This document shows positions 61,501-64,000 of a stretch of 64,000 nucleotides of DNA, in pieces. The translations under genes were made by a program, and so were the position numbers. Numbering within the stretch: the stretch's first letter is position 1; every line of letters begins with the position of its first letter. Source of the DNA: Candidatus Aenigmatarchaeota archaeon (lineage in GTDB: Archaea; Aenigmatarchaeota; Aenigmatarchaeia; QMZP01; QMZT01); contig JBGPQP010000002.1 in NCBI GenBank assembly GCA_041489155.1, positions 54,449-118,448 on the forward strand, given 5' to 3'. Below the pieces are notes generated by a model, which worked only from the letters and a program-made list of their open reading frames with translations, ran no database searches and was not told where the DNA came from.

Positions 61501-63999
61501 GTCGTTGTACGAACCGGCGTACCATTTTAGTAGGCCGACGCTGAAGGTGCAGTTGGGGTCGAAGGTGTGTGAAAGGTTCCCGTCAGCATCGGTCGTTGTC
61601 GTGTTTATGAATATGAAAGCGCCTGGATAGGTGTCATTGCTCAGGTTGGTCATCATTCTGAAGGCACCCTTTATGCCTGCACCAAGGCCTATGTCGTTCC
61701 TGTCGCTGTCGTTTATCCTAATCTTCAACAGCCTTGAGCCTGAACCTTCCCTGTATATCGGGGCTGTCGTGCTGGAGCCTTCTATGTAATATGACTGAGT
61801 GTCATCCCTGAGCAGGGTGAAAGGTTGCACGTCCTCGTCCCTGTAGCTCCACTCGTCTATCGCGGTTATGTTGTATTGTTTCTGGCTCGAGGTCTGACCG
61901 AGAAGGTCGGAACAGCTGAAGTTGTGGCCGGTGAAGCTGAGGGATGACGTCGCGGTCGTGTTGGTGCTGTTAAGATATACCCAGCTTCCCGTGAGATTGG
62001 CCCACAAGGAGACGTTCATCACTCCTCCATCAAGATCCTGGAGGTTGTTCACAAGGAAGCTCCATGACTCTCCCCAGCCTCCGGTGGAGCCTGACATTGC
62101 CTGGGCTGATGTGCTTCCTATTATCGGTACCGTTGCAAGGTAGAATGAATTGTTCTTCTTGTATGTGGTGCCGTTGTAGTAGGTTTTGCTTACCACCGCA
62201 GTTGCATTATACCAACCAGTGTTCCAAGACGCATGCACCCCTCCGGCGATGGTGCAGTTGTATATGCCATTCCCCTCATAAAGAGTTCCGGAACATGTTT
62301 CCTTTATGGTCTCGCTTCCCTGCTGGAGAACATTGAAGGTTACCACTGCATTAGGCAGTGCGCCACAATCGTCAGTTACGTTGCCTCTGAACACTATGCT
62401 GTCGGTGCCTCTTACCCTAGAGATGCCGTCAGGGTCGAGCAGCACAGCAGTGATGTTCTGCGTCTTCATGGTCCAGTTGGCTATTGATGAGTTTGTAGGC
62501 TTGTATATGTCACTCGTGATTATGCCTGCTTTCCAGTATTGCGGTCCTATCGCAAAGGAACAATCATAGAACTCTGCTTCGGGATCCTCGTCTCTGAACC
62601 TTATGATACCTGCGCTAGCGCCGCCGCTCGTGGTTTTAACTTCAGACTGATACCATATACTATTAGAGACGTTCTTTGTGTAGTAAAACAGACCTTCTGT
62701 ACCAGGATATACTTCCTCGTCTGGATCGAGATCGGTGTCGTATATCTTTACCTCCCACAGGAAGTCCGGGCTGGTCCTGTCGATGACGCTGTTGTTGCCC
62801 AGCGTGATATTGACAAACACGTCATCTCCTATTAATGTGAACGGCGTGACTGGCGTCTGATCGGAATATTCAACGCCGCCGGAATACGGGTCATTTTCGT
62901 TATCGGTGACGTTAAATTTGTACTCAGCCGGCCCTATGTCACCGCTGTGGAAGTAGGTGTCGCTGGTTTTTATGAATATGACAGTCTGGTTTAAACCGAT
63001 GACGGTCTGGTTGCAGCCCGCGTTGCCCCACGTGTTGCTCTTGTTCACGTAGACGCAAACCTCCATCATGTCCATATCCTCATCGCTGGCGTTCACCGTG
63101 AACGTGTATGCCTCCCCCCAGCCGCCGTCTCCAGATGGTGTCAGCGACCACCCTGTAAGAACCGGTCTGGTGTCTATGAAAAAGGCGAAATTCGCCGTGT
63201 CATTGTCAGGGTTGTAGAAACTCCTGTTTGAATAAATGTTTATGTGGTAGAACCTTGCAGGCATGCCTGACGTGTTGAAGGTGCAGTTGTAGGTGCCGTT
63301 GCCTTCCTCAAGTATCGTGGTGCAGTTGAACTGCTGACCTGTGTCGTTGTGTATCATGGTAAGATTAATGTTGGAAGCAGAGCCAGTGATATTGTTGCCG
63401 CAGAAGTCCCTGAGCCTTACCCTTATTGTCACATTTGAGCCGCGAATGTATTGCGAAGACGCTCCCATAGAGCTTATGGGAGAAATGAAGGTGTTGTTCA
63501 GGTCGCCTATAACGCGTAGAGTCAGGTTGCCTGTGTAATTTTTCTCATCATAATAGCTGTCAACAGTTCCTCCTTTCCACTCCCTTATGCCTGGCTTATA
63601 GCTGCAGTTCGGGTTAAAAGTGTAGTTTATGTAACCGTTTGCTGTTTGGGAGCGGTTGCCCGCGTCCCATGCAGTCTCGTTGAACATGACCCATATGGTA
63701 GAATTGACGCCCGAGGGATAGGATATGTTGTCTGTGTCATTCACCCTTAACACAAGCAGGATCGAGCTGTCAGGATTCGAGTCGCTTATGTTGACGTTTG
63801 AGTTGTTGCCTGCCACGTAGAGTATCGTGACATTCGACCTCTCGAGGTAAGGGCCGTATGCGACGCTGGTGTAATGCTCGTTCGCTGTTTCTCCGTCCTT
63901 GATGAGGAAGCGGAACGAGTTGTTGCCGATGTCGTCGCCGGTGAAGTCATGGACGGTGACGGAGCAGTTCCTGTTGACTATGCCGGTTGTGTTGTAGAG
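50602..63999 (-). CDS. Giant surface protein (>4465 aa, 5' end beyond window) fused via one TM helix to a C-terminal HerA/FtsK-type ATPase
   Basis: The frame stays open from 63816 to the window edge (LYNTTGIVNRNC...). It has ~340-357-aa repeats, a TM near 51700-51790, Walker A GATGSGKS, Walker B LIYDEVHR and CREFRKWGIGVFMISQ. Confidence 0.92.
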   Translation of the reverse strand, partial: LYNTTGIVNRNCSVTVHDFTGDDIGNNSFRFLIKDGETANEHYTSVAYGPYLERSNVTILYVAGNNSNVNISDSNPDSSILLVLRVNDTDNISYPSGVNSTIWVMFNETAWDAGNRSQTANGYINYTFNPNCSYKPGIREWKGGTVDSYYDEKNYTGNLTLRVIGDLNNTFISPISSMGASSQYIRGSNVTIRVRLRDFCGNNITGSASNINLTMIHNDTGQQFNCTTILEEGNGTYNCTFNTSGMPARFYHINIYSNRSFYNPDNDTANFAFFIDTRPVLTGWSLTPSGDGGWGEAYTFTVNASDEDMDMMEVCVYVNKSNTWGNAGCNQTVIGLNQTVIFIKTSDTYFHSGDIGPAEYKFNVTDNENDPYSGGVEYSDQTPVTPFTLIGDDVFVNITLGNNSVIDRTSPDFLWEVKIYDTDLDPDEEVYPGTEGLFYYTKNVSNSIWYQSEVKTTSGGASAGIIRFRDEDPEAEFYDCSFAIGPQYWKAGIITSDIYKPTNSSIANWTMKTQNITAVLLDPDGISRVRGTDSIVFRGNVTDDCGALPNAVVTFNVLQQGSETIKETCSGTLYEGNGIYNCTIAGGVHASWNTGWYNATAVVSKTYYNGTTYKKNNSFYLATVPIIGSTSAQAMSGSTGGWGESWSFLVNNLQDLDGGVMNVSLWANLTGSWVYLNSTNTTATSSLSFTGHNFSCSDLLGQTSSQKQYNITAIDEWSYRDEDVQPFTLLRDDTQSYYIEGSSTTAPIYREGSGSRLLKIRINDSDRNDIGLGAGIKGAFRMMTNLSNDTYPGAFIFINTTTTDADGNLSHTFDPNCTFSVGLLKWYAGSYNDSCYDDDLFYWGSRVLVYGQLKNSIQQPNWTSGQPVVPVGNNVTIRFNVSTDCSNEGLQTGLSNATIRLRSPSGVWEHCNSTQYVFDDGNGYYNCTWNTFLHQGGNWTIELNTSKMNYTSNSTVLVNHIYLNNTIPDYGNLSVTPGEDGWGVVFNYSVDVWDMQTDNVTCSLFVKTNKYGNKWVLKNSTLVVGGRSKCSLIVDDFDCDDIGNNSVNTFMFELYDGTNILNTTNVSAPNITADSASITYHYGNLSLLNRSDTEPEHSALLMVFVNDTDRNESAPSNVNVTFWVTLNASNPSSWDAGNLTKTNSSGLANVTFNPECDPFYTIGNHSWKAGTTDKCYQKLNTSEELKLTIRGTLVPQIIYILPPSPNIGDEILRGENVTQQVYVDSDCAGDYVNDANVSIYFVNEGGNSYNCANVYRIISDGFYECMRNTTDMKARWYNTTTNASRELYNSNSSLLEDHFFIKTFPSIFNDSVIKEPAGWGENRSFSVTVNDDDLDNVTLQLYVKCLQATTGSCDPTYQNWHLDDEVLLIAPVNQTVVLNLSDDFYGIGCPTIGNWTFRFNATDIPHDYQDSTSEKNFSVEKDDVIFAPESGHTNPNVWRNGTEYTFLSVRVQDSDNNDYAGSGNATIWVTRNASDPNSWDVGKFIDINGSGHINYNFLEDGEMPMHECNYTVGVQEWVAGTGGLYADTCYKTANSSTYNLTIWGELRPDVRNPIGAKGFLQGDIINVSGYVEDDCSYRFADGGVQGVSVGNPPPRYVLVGESGTPTRYCTSNWQEGGGYYNCTWDSTGQLRVRWNITMSVAKSYYASNSTMEGYAFHLGTSPVLTSPAVSPASEGWGYRYTFSVYFADADSDVNNITLWKSFDNQSWNYVDSQTKSSSGTTLSFYERFACSDSQQAPGRLNYYKFNTTDPYNFTAQTNPQNFNITEDSVTLALNTTVSNTTVRRNSSASALLKFRIRDDDMSYMNPNGSYYPTGVSGLIWITDNGQNYTNVRFCNTSSGHCQVNYDPNCSTSLVGVQYWKGATNDTCYEYENSTNTTLQVIGQLYVSIVNPGSYVILNRNTTVVLNATVNDECSLYLNDSNVTWYNESWNALASGYNTTWFIPFNYSLGPDVIRANTSRIYYDNNTNSTDVYVFGWAEPNDMSPSNGTVYIAGTTKTIKCHVRDTNTYENLYYYNVSFYINGTYQESKLTSNETGEEGNATFYFSTNRPPGWYNLTCSITGNASRYYNVSTENITHEIDLTRPLVIDQIARIPSNGMIYRNDSYAPHEVNVTVHVRDADLAGEGAENATVWFYNNSLGYIGNCTTNSSGWCNQSVSWNPEDTLMPTYYMIYINATKETNNDNSSTNSTIIEVMGVYIANITSPGKKSGETQYGKGALIPFNASIRDENWNWVIGTIEVYWYNDTGNNIYTTLSGEQTMFDSSTQDPGFRNFTARTQPSLAHYYSQNESVVVQMTGWADVYWTYPPHLSSVRYPFEFQRICTVIDYISGTGVPNYPVNISFWNSTSGQWVYNGTYLTNSSGQANASWTPLDKGNVTFNCSIGPNSTLQYTARIDSASAIIWVRDEIAPNITNVSVLPNASIEAYLNYTNISAVVADDYKIDSVWAYIGLPNGSYENRTMSNITFATYRVTYVPKLNGTYNITIFAKDTGPEFNVNMSAVYYFTVWGKATGSVRQNVTVYAGGITQTNDFKFNLTINYTNLGPPNAYYVNLTIYDDSSGYVSYNETSHFCGNMTVSSECIWTVAVTILPATPPTGINVFGNATWMEPDKTYTSYTNITYVTVASNPIVEILETGMNRTTPHDKTTYIDNITVYSSGNDRVSNIYIRNQGGNFDYDCYDCTLDIVPDYQGDLAAGYNFTSDIWVTIPKGKAPGLYWTYITANSTNGGSDIYLMNLSVPMNSSWSRTPPSFATIIAQPNTSKLIGQVEVVNDGNVEIYFMTIRREAAGPLLTVTPESFASLPLSTRTINISYTVPSSYPEGLYQGVVAIRNDTLPADPVEQTITMWLNVTDMPPNITSYSVYPTAFEMIFGSTTINATITDNFGVNSGWIDVKVPGQFNYYNTFEETHPYFQDSGYNYTEEVTYTGTMEHFNVTILNQNETTVYVNITVNGFPVAVGQQIQTMSNLTVDAVVAGANFTLPGNQTVNVTILNSGGQVITTIYTSWINYTVRAENHYMGAMSRNGSFFNTTYASNISGNHELRICANDTSSRTGCTSIIYLTVAGNTSLYVKPNMTVINVTNITLYQGAQIPVDFNITNIGYARAYTVTVNVSYLQNWAAAPELFYFGTLYSTNVSSNSTIVSIPAFTLPGEYAVNFTANWTNINQSYLGSNTTSIIFNITANPLLDLQNRIPIAGENVIMSGSIRNVTFNISSVGNVNVTNVTFNCTSGIVCYNFTNYFTPQNISLLAYNTTEFVNITLSIPDEYPAGHYNGTLVATGDGTSDWAYIYVNIPENISWTQEPNNITRDVIQGTSGNFGTITVRNNGNVYAGVDVYAFTGDIWSRISFVPTHLSLDVGETEYISINYSAPVTTSVTNYYGILWTYNMSYDPSYHETLLNMTVHPYFVNITSPTETSPKLNVSPADNLEVIMSVIYGTLPLGANVTFNVSLFNSTMRSYVTLTSASYNATEGLWHINFSAPDLALQKGYDLNVTVIYARTSSLNLSYYDIEYKAFIYKDEVPPSILISVPPRVPAGTVATIYANVTDPGGVNNASIVVYDPNGTANYGNMTFVYKDADTYVYRYYYANTSQTGMYSVNVTGCDKTGNCNSSTKSFEIFIGIWFSGYATDIWRSDHPVVNQSFWFYDNIGNLLLNFTHNKTSGYYNESIDARTYDLTVQFWNNALSLTSVPLLQNVHNPVQFGNVSKVVPTGGAGVYRNIMINNSLTYSLGTITLNYSDIADIVNIATVGVYQCSSFNLLNCSLGWTRLTSVLNATASTLMVNSTNLTGLFAIADYICGDGQCSTTYGESVATCSSDCALPPQPPTPPGGGGAAGGAGAGAGAAAGAAGGQQGVPPVPVEIKSTLIFVTLRPGEHEIHSIDVLNNLGESVEVETSVTGNAWELVQIEKPVMTVPGRSTGVLKIKLFALPTTQAGIYTGDIVSKIRSKNITHITPVTIKVELPPEPLLDVTVKTLSKTVEPGGSLKFEVTLLNMGQTAKIEDIVVSYVVKGLETERVITRNSETLAVENVKSFTKTIAIPEDTPQDRYVVEVNVTYWYGKKSAYAVDSFDVFVLPAPLALLRAVFMHWITYAIAFGAIPGVYFGRRLYMMWRDKKKKARKYIFPLDFNKLPKPGPDTIPVGKIAETDVKAYIDTKALMMHSLAAGATGSGKSVSAMICAEELLKRGMPIIVFDPTAQWTGFMKACKDKRMFDLYPAFGMKPDEAMAFKVNIVLVTDPNMEVDVQKYRKPGEMTVFVMNKLEPEHLDNFVRKTVTSVFKAALGEEKELRLLLIYDEVHRLLPKYGGKGGYIALERACREFRKWGIGVFMISQVLMDFRGAIRANIATELQLRTKYEGDIGRVKTKYGMDYASKVVKLTTGTALVQNPAYNDGKPYFISFRPLLHDTGRLTDEEIEKYVKVQQEIEKIDKQIEALKTRKIDTTDMEIEVNLAKDKMKAGQFSMAESYIESLKARLKA

Positions 64000-64000
64000 G

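Noticed and set aside
63814..63816. GTG at 63816 as start of the giant gene
   Set aside because: The frame stays open to the window edge and there is no signal peptide here, so the real start lies outside the window.

Overview
This is archaeal chromosomal DNA: it has archaeal ribosomal proteins eS31 and eL42, a class V FBP aldolase/phosphatase, a geranylgeranyl reductase, a split GMP synthase and TATA-type promoters. The pilin-rich, compact gene content suggests a DPANN lineage such as Aenigmatarchaeota (inference). Bases 1-34 kb hold housekeeping and metabolic genes. These include a type IV pilus locus (two T2SS-F platform genes, a pilin and a HerA-type ATPase, but no assembly ATPase), a GGR interrupted by a 379-aa LAGLIDADG intein, argF, acdA/acdB, a glutamine hub (glnA, guaAA/AB, pyrG, purF, glmS), an XPF nuclease, a five-gene pilin-like cluster, a MiaB-like methylthiotransferase and several regulators. 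Bases 34.3-64 kb are one co-oriented minus-strand locus, the best candidate for an undescribed system. It encodes a giant (>4465 aa, runs off the window) repetitive surface protein fused through one TM helix to a cytoplasmic HerA/FtsK-type ATPase. Downstream come a coiled-coil protein with three SHOCT-like hairpins, a paralogous 1992-aa surface protein ending in the same hairpin, a MinD ATPase with an amphipathic tail, a small membrane anchor and three translationally coupled long coiled-coil proteins. No rRNA, tRNA, CRISPR array, integrase or transposase was recognised.
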